A stretch of DNA of 64,000 nt from Callorhinchus milii. Lineage: Eukaryota. The first letter of the stretch is position 1. The number at the start of each line of letters is the position of its first letter. Below are positions 1-10,843 of this stretch, piece by piece. Position numbers and translations under genes: made by a program. Under the pieces are notes generated by a model. It ran no database searches and was not told where the DNA came from. It saw only the letters and a program-made list of their open reading frames with translations. Location: assembly GCF_018977255.1 (NCBI RefSeq), contig NW_024704742.1, forward strand, positions 85,996,001-86,060,000, in the 5' to 3' direction.

Positions 1-358
1 AAGATGAACAGCGGTGTGCCGTCACATGCGCAGCCCGGGCTCGGCAGGAAGGGGATGCTAGGGAAACGACAGTCAAAGCCAATCACTTCAACCTGTGGCA
101 CAAGCAGGATATGCCCCGGCCGCTGTGTGGCTCCGATGTGAAAGCTGCCTCTCTGCTGTGCAGCACAAGGCTGGATACACGGCAGGCGGCAATTATTTCT
201 TCCCTTTACACAGACTTCAATAATCTCCGTTCTTTTTAATATCCAAGATGACTTTGCACTGATTTCACTTCCAGTGTACCAGCCAGCCCCTTTAATAACC
301 TCAAGAGGTTTCCAGTAGGTGGAAGAGAGAGGGGAGGAAGAAAAAGTTTGAAAAACAG
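1..358 (+). other. Probable non-coding 5' exon of a large + strand gene (start lies at or before the window edge)
   Basis: CpG-rich unique sequence ending CAG|GTGAGT (donor 359-364); only short closed uORFs (ATG at 4 and 248). Confidence 0.55.
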
Positions 359-709
359 GTGAGTTTTCTAAAACCTTCCTTTAATGGTGCAATATTACTG
401 TCTTTGCTGTAAAGTCAAATGTTCTGTACTTGAATATTCAATGGAATGTGGAAATGTACTTTTCTATTTGTTCTGAGCTATTGAACAATCTCGGCACTTA
501 TTGTACTCTTTGGTCCTGGATGTTCAGTGCATTCTGTTGATTCCCCAACACAGCTTCTCTTTGGGGTTATGGAATATAATTTCAGCAACTTTTATTATCT
601 TTACTCGTATGTAAACTTTGTAGTTGAGGTTAATTGAGAATTACAAAGCATTCCCTGAAGCACTAGATTGTTTTGCACACACTGCCCAGCTGAGGTAGCC
701 AACACCGCA

Positions 710-1018
710 ATTCCTGAGCAGGGCTATGCCTGGAAGACCTGGAAGACAAGGGAGCCTTAGGTATGCAATGGCCTTTCACTTAGGAAATCCGAGTTTAAAT
801 CCTCTGGCGTCTCCAGGCCTTGTATTTTGTGAACCTGCACCTTATACTCTTCGAGGTAAGGTATGCAGGGGGCATCCCTCCAGGGAGAGAGTGTGCATTC
901 CATTCAAGACACAGGAAAATTTCTGTGTGTATGTTGGCATACATATAAACGCCTCTGTCTTGTTTGGATACTCTTAAGCATGGTGATGGGTTTCCACATG
1001 TGTCACCCGGCTGACCAG
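710..1018 (+). mobile_element. Unassigned structured retroposon-like family, diverged copy
   Basis: Shares catccctccagggagagagtgtgcattcc and the 3' end ggatactcttaagcatggtgatgggtttc...cccggctgacca with the copies at 34305 and 48945. Confidence 0.7.
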
Positions 1019-1659
1019 TGCTTGAAGAAAGATTTTTCTTAAATAACCCATTTGCTAGTCTTTGTAGTGAATTCATTTAGACTATTTTACCTACTATGTA
1101 TTTACTTGGATAAGTACATCCAATTTCCTACTTGCTGTTTCTGTATTAATTTGGAGTTTTTATTGAACTAATCACAGGATCACAAGTGATGATTGGATGA
1201 AGAAAGCCCTTTGGCACATCTGATTTTTTTGATCACCGTGGCTATTTGTCGGACATTGCTGTGGCAAACTGGCTGCCACTATTGCCTACCCTCTTAGTAA
1301 AATCCTGTGAAGAACTTTGAAACTAGAAAACGAAATAAATATCTAAACAGAGTAAACCATAGGAGTATGGGGAAAGGATAGGTAAATGGAGTAGAAAACA
1401 TTGCTTATAAAAGATCCAGGACAATGGACTGGATAGCCTTCTTCTGCGCTGTAAGCTTCTATGGTTGTGATGATGTAATAAGGCTCTATATCAAAAATGC
1501 AACGATGATAATTATTTTATCTTTCCAATGTAAACCAAACTTTTTTTTCACATGCATATCATGTATCTCAGAATAGGAATGATTAAACTTCTAATATATA
1601 TGGTTATCTCCAGTTGATCTTTGACTGTTGGTTTCTTCTATTTGTGCTGTGCGTTAAAA

Positions 1660-2523
1660 TCAAATACAATACAAAATTACATTTGTATAGCGCTTTTCAC
1701 ATCGTGAGGATGTCCCAAGGCGTTGGACAATCAGGGATTTGGACCCAAGCTGGGGGTTGGGATTGTGGAGGGTGGAGGGCAAAGAGGGTAGGAGGATGGC
1801 CAAAAGCTCAGTTGAAGAGGAGGGTTTTGAGACACACTTTGAAGGAGGCAAGGGAGGAAGTGAGGTGAAGGGAATGAGGGTGGGGCAGAAAGGCTGAAGG
1901 CCCAGCCACTGATGGTGGGGTGGGCCGGGTGGGGGATGTGGAACAGGCAAGAGCCTGCTGAGAAGAGGGAGCGGACCAGTTGATATGGGGTCAGCAGCTC
2001 ACAGAGGTAGGAGGGGACAAAGCCATGAAGGGCCTTAAAGACGAGGATGAGGATTTTGAACTCTATCCACTGAGGGATGAGGAGCCAATGGAGCCGGGCG
2101 CGGGTGGGGATGATGGGGTCATGGAGCCTGGAGCGGGAGAGGACACAAGCAACAAAGTTCTGGATGATCTGCAGCTTGTGGAGGGAAGAGTTGGAAAGGC
2201 CAACAAGCAGAAAGTTGGCGTAGTTGAGCCTAGATGTGATGAATGCATGATGAGGGTTCCGGCAGCCTGAGGAGTGAGGCAGTGGTGGAGCCGGGTGATG
2301 TTGCGGAGATGGGTGAGGCAGAGCAGGTCATGGCGCGATGTGGGGAAGAAAGGACAGTTGAGGGTCAAACAAGACCCCAAAGTTGCGGACTGGCTTAGTA
2401 AGGTGGAATATGCAACCATGGATGGTGATGCTGTCAGTGCTTGAGATATGGAAGCGCAGACGGGAGCCAATCAGGAGGGACTCGGTCTTGTTGATGTTCA
2501 ACTGTAGAAAGTTAGTTCTCATC
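1660..2523 (-). mobile_element. L2 LINE, 5'-truncated
   Basis: Minus-strand peptide MRTNFLQLNINKTESLLIGS...RNFGVLFDPQLSFLPHI (L2 RT C-terminus); L2 3' tail near 1660. Confidence 0.85.
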
Positions 2524-2534
2524 GAGGAATTGAT

Positions 2535-2832
2535 GCACTGTGGCCTGCTCCATGACCCCGCCCTGCCAACCCACCACCACCTTCAGCCATTCAGCCACCA
2601 CCCACTGGAACTCCATCCTGGAATCCCTCTGCTTTGCCGCTCTCTTTGCCTTCTTTCTTGGCCCATGTCAAGACCTTCCACTTTGACTGTGCCTTCAGCG
2701 ACCCTGCCACCTTCCTACCCTTCACCCCTCTTGATTCCAAACCCCAGTTCAGGTGCAAACCTTTTACTGTCCAGCGGCTTGGTATGTCCTTCTGATGTGA
2801 AAAGCGCTATATAAATGCAGTTTATTGTTGCT
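2535..2832 (+). mobile_element. L2 LINE 3' fragment
   Basis: aagaccttccactttgactgtgccttcag and 3' tail gtgaaaagcgctatataaatgca; opposite orientation to the adjacent L2. Confidence 0.75.
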
Positions 2833-2834
2833 GA

Positions 2835-3890
2835 AGATTGTGGATTCAAATCCCACTTCGAGAGTTGGAAACCATATAGTCTATGCTGTTACTAGAATCC
2901 AATGCTAGGATGGTGCTGCATTGTTGGAGGATCCGATCTTCAGATGAGACATTAAACTGAGGTCCCTGTCTATCTGGATGTTAAAGATCAAATGGCACTA
3001 TTCAAAAAGTGTTTTAGAAAGTGAGTTTCTCTCTCCTGGTGTTCTGGCCAACAATCCCTCCAAAAATATTGGTTGATGTCTGCAACGTTGCCAGACTCCA
3101 CCACTACCTCGCCCCTCAGGCTGCCGAAACCCTCACCCACACATTCATCACGTCAAGGCTCAATTATGGAAATTCCCTCCTCATCGGCCTTCATAACTCT
3201 TCCTGTTTCAAGCTGCAGATCATCCAAAACTCTGCAGCTCGTGTACGCTTATGCACCAGGCTCCGTGAACACATCACTCCCACCTTCACCTGACTCCACT
3301 GGCACCCCATCCCTCAGAGGATCGAATTCAAGATCCTCGTCCTCACTTTCAAGGTCATCCATGGCCTTGCCCCCTCCTACCTCTCTGATCTGCTGACTCC
3401 CTACCAACCTGCCCGCTCCCTCTGTTCAGTAGCCGCCGGCCTGCTCCATGTCTCTCGCCTGACCCGCCCTACCAGTCTCTTGCCCCCACACTCTGGAACT
3501 CCATCCCACAGTCCCTTCACCTCGCTTCCTCCCTTGCCTCCTTCAAGGCCGGTCTCAAGACCCTCCTCTTCGATCGTGCCTTCAGTCGCCCTCCCACCTC
3601 TCTGCCTTCCCTCACCCCTACCCCACCCCTTCTCCATGCTTGGGTCCTGACCCCTGCCTGTCCAGCGCCTTGGGACGGTCTCCCGATGTGAAAGGTGCTC
3701 TATAAATGTAATTTTGTTGTTGTTGTTATGACATTATGATGTTTGTGAGAAATTGCTGCGTGCAAATTGCCTAATGAATTCACCCACAAAACACACACAT
3801 GCACATCACATTATAGTATATCCTGTGAGGTGCTTTGAGATGTCTTGACATGATAAGAGCTGGATCTAATGCAAGGATTATTATTGTTAT
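2835..3890 (+). mobile_element. Deu-domain (SacSINE1-like) SINE split by an L2 insertion
   Basis: Deu core cagatgagacattaaactgaggtccctgtc...ggcactattc at 2941-3003; SINE 3' half resumes near 3728. Confidence 0.7.
3078..3727 (+). mobile_element. L2 LINE, 5'-truncated, nested in a SINE
   Basis: NVARLHHYLAPQAAETLTHTFITSRLNYGNSLL; (TTG)n tail at about 3715-3727. Confidence 0.85.
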
Positions 3891-3958
3891 AGTTTGGACT
3901 GGAGATTCTTAAGCATAGTGATGGGATTCTACCTGAGTCAGATATCCGGTTGACCAAA
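3890..3958 (+). mobile_element. Unassigned structured retroposon-like family, 3'-end-only copy
   Basis: ttcttaagcatagtgatgggattc...gtcagatatccggttgaccaaa. Confidence 0.6.
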
Positions 3959-4156
3959 TGAAATTGGTAAAATATGTTCCACTGACCAATGCTCACAGCC
4001 AAAGTTGAAGGTCCTCATTTTGAGGAGCACAAATATTTACTCAAAAATGTTTTTTGAACTTAAAGGCAGTTTTTTTTAATGAATTGTTTACTTATAGGTG
4101 TGCGAAATAACTCACATTACAGTATATCCTGTGAAGGTATTTCTATGTGGTATTTT

Positions 4157-4469
4157 TAGGGCTTCCAATTTTCGGTTTAAACCGATAAATACTGATGAAA
4201 CACCTCCGATACAAAAACGATGAAATCGGTGTTTATCCAATAAACACTCTCGTTCCCTGCCTTTCATTCTCTGCCTCTCCCTTTCTGCCTCTTCCTCTCC
4301 TCCATGTGTGCAGGCATGTCTGGAGAAGCGTACCTGAAAAAATCTCATTATAGAATATAAAAAGCGAAAGACCCAAAAAACCCTGATTTTTGGACGTCTA
4401 TGTAGAACTCAAAAATTGCTAAAAGAAATGCAAAATTAAATTAATGAATACCGATAAACTGAAGCCCTA
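4157..4469. mobile_element. hAT-superfamily MITE (313 bp)
   Basis: TIRs TAGGGCTTCcaattttcgg / ccgataaactGAAGCCCTA; 8-bp flanks ggtatttt and agtgtttt (6/8); repeated CCGAT subterminal motifs. Confidence 0.8.
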
Positions 4470-6589
4470 AGTGTTTTGTTTAATATAAAGTTTGCTATCT
4501 AACTCTGGCAACATCAGCATCTCTATGGAAACCCAAGAAATATTAATTAACAAATAAAAAAGTACACATTTGTTTTCTGGGCATGACCCCGGCCCTCCTA
4601 TAGGGATTGAATGGCCAGCACCAGCGAGAGGTGTGGATGAATATTGTTTGGCAGGTGGAATGCCTCTGGCCCCTTTTTTCCACTCTTTCCTGTCAATGTA
4701 TTACAATAAGCTCAGGCTAGAACATCAGGTGAATGTCAAATGCACCTGTTTTGCGTGTTCAGAGCTTTAACTTGCCCTCGCCTCATCTCAAGTGGAACTA
4801 ATATGCTGCATATCTTCCCTCCCCAGTTACACCATCTTCTATTGACTGAACTACTGCACCAGCAACATGGTCCGATTGATCACTCTCCCATCATTAGGAG
4901 GATCTGTGCAGGTAAATTGCTTTGGCTGGAATGGGGTTTAGATGAATAGATATCCAACTACTAAAGGACCTTTTAGCTGTGTTTTGCAATTGAATGAACG
5001 TGAAAGTAATTGTTCAATTGGGTGCAAGTGCTTGCAATTAACAAAGCCTCCCAACATAAGTAGCAACCAACCGATCAACGACTTCCTATTTTGACAGCTG
5101 TGTCTTTTATTGGTAAATACCATTAAAGTTAGTTTTTAGTATTTTTTTACCATAAACATCTTTTCTGCGAAAGCGAATTGGTTAACAAAGAACTGTTATC
5201 TTCTGAATTTCAGTTTAAAAAAAAATCTTTTTTTTTGTTTGTTTCTGGCTTGGAGCTCCGAGATGCTACTCCACGTGAAGAGCACTATATAAATGCACGT
5301 TATTGGTGTTTTCATTGGTTTCACGTTGTATTGCACTTGCAGGGAGGGAGCCTTGTTTTAGAAATGTATTGTGTCCATCATGTTACTTTCTGCCTTTCCT
5401 TGATGATTTTTTTGAAAAAATTTTTTCACTGCATTTACTCTTTTTATATATTGTATCAAATGTTTCCACTGACTTTCTCCCATTTGCTTCATGTACACCC
5501 CAACCAAAAAAAAGCATTCTGTGGATAAAGCCCACAGTTGTATTAGTTTAATCTAAACACACTGACCTAAATTCCTATCAATTCAGGCAGAAGCTGATGA
5601 GGGATCTTTCGATACTCTGCTGTCTTTAAGGAAACGAGTGAAAAATGTGGTACCTCATCACTATTATCACTAGTATAACTCCCCGAACTGATACCTAAGT
5701 AATGGGATCAGTGTGGAGATGGGATCAAAGGCAAATACTGATGAGCTCAAAAACTGCAACAAGTGGCTCTAGGCAAAATGATCTGATCAAAAAAGGGGAG
5801 AATAGGGAGGAAGGGGGAAAGTTTCCCACCTTAGCCATCGAATTGGAGCATCTCCAGGAATGTAATGTCTGCGACAATTGGGATACCACATACTACACTA
5901 CGTTTGCACACCCTCAGTCACTTGGCAATGAAGCTGTCACTTTCTGGGGTTGGAGCCTCGTACGGTTGTTTTAAAAAACAATGATTGACGTTGAATCCTT
6001 TTCAGTGCAAGGGGACCCCGTTACTGCAGGCGGTTTGACCCGGTGTTCAGACAGGTTCTGAAAGTAGCTGCCGTGTTTCAGGGCAGGCTCCATAACCTGG
6101 TGTCTTCACTTGTTGTCATGGGAACATTAGCAGATGGCTGCTTAATCTCTCCGCGGGTGATGGCTAATTTTGTTTGAAACCTGTTGATCTGAAACAGGTG
6201 ATAGTTCAGCATGTGCTGGACTCTGGACTGTTTCAGAAGATGGGCTGAGTGAAGCCACTTGCACGTTGATTCCTGCTGCGTATTTTCTGGGGGGAAAACC
6301 CTCCATCCACCCTGATTTAACTAGACCAATCTCATGGCCTTGCTCGCAATGAGAGTCCATTAAACTACAGGGACTGGGACATGAAATTGTTGGGGCTGTG
6401 CTCTGAGAAGTGGATGCATGTCAGCGCCTCCACCTGGGCATCGCTCATAGTGCAGATGAAGGCGCAGTATAAACCCAGCATCTGGCAACAGAGACATTGA
6501 TCCTTAACCAACAGAATGCAACATTGTTGTTTTGTTTTACTCAACCTAGGTTTGTAAGAAACATTGGTGAGGCCCGCATTTATTGCCCA

Positions 6590-7080
6590 CTGCTCCAGCC
6601 TAGCTCAGTTAGTAGCACTCTCGCCTCTGAGTCAGAAGGTTCAAGTCCTACCTGAGGACTTTGAGATCATAATCTAAGATGACACTTCAATGTAGTGCTG
6701 GGGATGTGTTACATTGTCAGAGGTGTTGCCATTCAGACTAGACATTAAACTGAGGTCCCCATCTGCCTGTTCGGGTGGACTCTAAAGATCCCTTGCTACT
6801 ATTCAAAATATGAGGGAGTTTCTAACAGTGATTACAAGAAGATTTCCAAAGCGTCGGATACACTGAACATCCCAATGGGGGATTATTGGTAGTGTCCAAT
6901 AATCCCCCTAAATAAAGTTAGTCACTGACTTCACAATGGGACATTGTTTTGTGCAAATTGACTGCTGCATTATCCTACAAAATAGACAGTCACTGCACTT
7001 TACAGTAAACCTGTGAAGTGTTTGAGGCACTCTCCCATTGTGAAAGCAGCTGCACCACATGTAAAGATTATTATTATTAG
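6590..7080 (+). mobile_element. Deu-domain SINE, near full length
   Basis: tRNA-like head (tagctcagttagtagcactctcgcctctgagtcagaaggttcaagtcc), Deu core and (ATT)n tail. Confidence 0.8.
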
Positions 7081-7774
7081 TTGCACAACGGAGGTCCCGA
7101 TGAGGGCGGGGCCCTCTCTTTAAACTGCTAATGTCCTTCTGGCAGTGGCGAACCTATGATGCCAGTTAGTAGCCAAAGCCCCCACAGAGAGAAGAAACAA
7201 TCTATCATGTGAAATGCATGCCTGCAGGAGAATGGTTTTCACTGCACCCGTCTGCGAGTATACATGGGAGTATAAGACCTGAGTGTGAGAATTTGGACCG
7301 TCTGAGTCCTGTGCAATGGAGATTTGTTAGCATTCACTAACAGGAAGTGCCAATTACTGTTGAAGCAGGAAGTACGATGATCCAGGACTACATCAAAGAC
7401 AGGCAGACATCTCATGAAGCTGTACGAGGCAGGGGTTTGAGCGTTTCTATGGCTACTGGCTAGCATATGCGAGAGCTGAATTATAATGTAGTTGCTTATT
7501 AAAGCTTTATGAATTTCTTTTGAAAATACTCACAAATTTACTAATTACTGCTTTTTCCGCAAGTCCCTAATTTAATTCTAAAATGTTCAAAGACATTGAA
7601 ATAGCCTTTTTTTTTGGCTTGGATTGGTGATCGAATTTTCTGTTTTATTATTAGAAAACAGATTCTTTTTAAAATAAATCTATCAAAGGAGCACTATTTT
7701 TATGAAGAAAACAGTGTTTGCTGATTTCTTTGAGAAGGAAGACGTTAGTGTACAGTATACATCGTGTCTTGTTA

Positions 7775-8066
7775 TTATAATAATAATTCTTGCATTTGAT
7801 ATAGCACCTTATCATTTTGCCAGGACATCTCAAAGTGCTTCACAGGCTATACTATAAATTGGTTTTGATTGTGTTTTGTGGGTGAAACACGGCAGCTAGT
7901 TTGCGCACAGCAATGTCCCACAAACAGCCATGAAATGAGTGACCAATTTTATTTGAGGGATTTTTGGCCAGGATACTGGGTGAAACTCCATTTTCTTTTC
8001 GAATAGTGCCATGGGATCTTTTAATATCCACTGGAATAGGCAGATGGAACCTTGGTTTAAGGTCCC
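7775..8066 (-). mobile_element. Deu-domain SINE (3' two-thirds)
   Basis: Reverse complement of the Deu core and L2-type tail. Confidence 0.75.
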
Positions 8067-9059
8067 TCGATATTGATCATTCACTTCATGGCTGTTTGTG
8101 GAACATTGCTATGCACAAATTGGTTACTGGACTCACACAGTCACTACATCTTACAGTAAATCCTGTGAAGTTCTTTGAGATATTTTCCTGATGTAAAAGA
8201 AGACAAAAGAGGAAATGTTCATTGAACTCTGTTTATCCAGACAATGTCCATTTAAATGAATTTTCTTGGTATCAGCAATGTATTTTTGTATCATTTACTC
8301 ATTTTTTTTTACAATATAAAGTGACAGTCCACATCCAACCTGCTCCAACAAATACCTGTGGTCACATCTAGAAAAGTCAAGACCACAAACAAGTTAAGTG
8401 CCAGAGGTGATTCGAGGTTGTTATTTTGGTGTCGGTAACAAATTTTGTAACTTTCACTAAGTACACATCCTATCTGCCACTGCGATCTTTAACATCCACC
8501 TAAGCAGGCAGACAGTACCTTGGTTTAATGTCTTAGTTTAATCCAAAAAGCACCTCTAACAGTGCATTGCTCTCCCAGCACTATTCTGGTCTGTCAGCAT
8601 AGACTATGAGCTCAAAATTCCAATGCGGGGATTGAACCTGTAACCTTTTGATTTAGTATGAGTGAACATTGCAGTATATGATGTGATGATCATTTTTCAT
8701 GCTGCTCTCTTATCTGAATCACCGGGTATTATTTGAATGACTTCTGCGACTCTGTAAGACTTAAACTGATTGATACAGTAGTTGAAGCGCTCTGGGACGC
8801 TACTGCGAGTGAATGGCGCTGTATGAATGCAAGTTGTTCTTGTTGGGACTTGTAAAAAAAACAGGTTAGGGCTAAATTTATGACATTTCATAACAGATTT
8901 GATGTGATGACATTGAATGTGTTGTGAAATGCTGCAAATTTCAACCTTCTGTTCCCAAAATTAAATGTTATAAATAAGAAGCAGACTTTTTGCCAGCGGA
9001 TAATTCTGCAATTTATCAGAACTGTAGAACCACAAGTACAATTTTTTAAAAAAAAGTGT

Positions 9060-9140
9060 TTGGAGTTGAGGTACAGATCAGCCATGATCTAATAAAATGG
9101 CAGAACACGCTCGAGGGGCTGAATGGCCTACTCCTGTTCC
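9060..9140 (+). mobile_element. CR1 LINE 3' tail
   Basis: gatcagccatgatc...gctcgaggggctgaatggcctactcctgttcc. Confidence 0.7.
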
Positions 9141-9149
9141 GATCAAATG

Positions 9150-9370
9150 ACTGTTGGTTAGACTAAGCTGATAGCACTCTCACTTCTGGGTTGGAAGTTA
9201 AGGGCTCGAACCCCAAGCTGGAGTTTGATTTCACACTGCAGTACTGGAGGAGCTCTGCATTTTCAGATGTGCCATCTTTCAGATGAGAAATTAAACCGAG
9301 GTAGACGTTAAAGATCCCATGACACTTGAATGGAGTTGCTCTCGATGCCCTGGCCAACAATTTCAAAATG
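9150..9370 (+). mobile_element. Deu-domain SINE fragment
   Basis: tttcagatgagaaattaaaccgagg...gttaaagatcccatgacac. Confidence 0.65.
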
Positions 9371-9382
9371 GTTCCTGATAAG

Positions 9383-10843
9383 TTGGGCCAATAGAAAAGT
9401 GTGAAAATATTTGCAAAAAAATTGCAGAGAGCTTTATGAATTTTGTGGAAGGTTGGGGAAACGTTTGCTGCATTTTGCGGGCGAATTGCGGAGGGGGGTG
9501 ATTGGTACTATTCAGAGATGCATTTTGCTGCTAACCTACATTTTTTTTCTCATTTTTAAAAACTAAACATAAAGAAATAACAATTCATAGATTATTGGAA
9601 AAAAATGAATTTATTAATGTATTCTTTAACAAAAACACAACATAACACAATTCAAAAAATACAAAAGCACAGTTTCAATCATTCAGGAACAAGTACACAT
9701 CCGTGTCCTCAACATGTTTCTTCAAAAATGCTTCATGCTCAGGAACAAGCTCCTTCAAATATGTATTCCAAAGCTGTGATGGTGTTGGAATAGTCCCTCC
9801 CTGTTTTGTGTACTTGCATAGAAACTCTTGGAAGGCAGGAGGTTTTTCAAGCGGTATGTCTGCTCTAGTCAAATACTGCACAAAGTCAATATGAATTCTT
9901 TCCTCTCCATAGATGATGGATGGCTCCAGAGAAGCAGGCTGTCAGAGGAAGTTGTCTTTGGGATCCATTGCCACCTAGAAAGGAAAAAATAAAAATTGAT
10001 CTTGATGATACATTTGTCGTTAGAAATGTTCTGCCTATCTGTTTTTATTTGCTGTGGTTGTTTTATGTGCATTTAAAATTCAATCAAAAAGGAGGGAGGT
10101 TAACTTTTGTAATCATACAAATTAAGATTTTCTTTCAAAATTAAAGTGAAAACAAATAATGATACATTTTCATTTAATATTATATATATATCCAAAGTAT
10201 TTTACCTTCCTTTTTATTCTTTATTGCCTCTGCCTTGCGTTCACAATGTGCTCAGCAATGGTGTACTTGCGAACATGGTCAATTGTGTGACAGCAAATGC
10301 AGCGAAACAACTGACCCCCTTCTTCATAAAGGTTATCTGGATAGAGTACAATTCTATCTGAGGGACAGACGGAAAATGGGATGAGCTGCCCCTTGGTTTC
10401 CTCACGGGATTTACAAAAACGTTGAGACATTTTTGTATTGAACGACCTAAAAAGTGAAACAACCCTAATTAAAACTATAGGTATATATCCCCTGAAAATG
10501 TAGTTATGTATGAAATACGAAAATTTTAATTTGAATAGTACGGCTCTTACTACGCGTTTATCGCAGTACAGTAGTGTGACGCAGCTGCTTTTCCTATTGA
10601 GGTTCACTCACCAGCAAAGTCGATTTCCTGCACACGCCACTTCTGCGGTCCTAAAATTCACCGCCCTGTGCCATGGGCGATTGGTGTTGCTCCAGCCATA
10701 GTAGCAGCATTGAGCAAACAGTGTGAGAGGCCTGGGGCCTAGCACACTGTGTGGTTCGTACCCGAGGGGCTGTTTGTAGCGGACGAGGGTCATTGTTGCG
10801 GAAAATCAGGGAAACATGCACCCGCACCTTATTATTGGCCCAG
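9383..10843 (-). mobile_element. Non-autonomous hAT DNA transposon carrying a CGGBP-like gene
   Basis: TIR TTGGGCCAATAGAAAAGTGTG (9383-9403) vs reverse complement of 10823-10843 CTGGGCCAATAATAAGGTGCG (16/21); perfect 8-bp TSD CTGATAAG at 9375-9382 and 10844-10851. Confidence 0.85.
9675..10430 (-). pseudogene. CGGBP1-like gene (hAT transposase N-terminus with zinc finger), two coding exons, frameshifted
   Basis: Exon 10430-10206 (SVCPSDRIVLYPDNLYEEGGQLFRCICCHTIDHVRKYTIAEH) and exon 9974-9675 (QRQLPLTAC...IDFVQYLTRADIPLEK...FLCKYTKQGGTIPTPSQLWNTYL) match recalled CGGBP1 motifs (PLDRVTEF..LHEDGGKLFC..C...LNHVRKSAISDH; DFVKMCLEANIPLEK..FL.RHVKNGGSIP..DQLRRAYL); GT-AG intron 10205-9975; three 1-nt frameshifts. 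Confidence 0.85.

Noticed and set aside
5585..5650. CTGATGA...GAAAC resembling a hammerhead ribozyme core
   Set aside because: No credible stems II or III could be formed around the core motifs.
7495..7575. 14-mer agctttatgaattt shared with the hAT left end, plus a ccgcaagtcccta hAT-like end
   Set aside because: No matching opposite TIR or TSD found; an AT-rich chance match is plausible.
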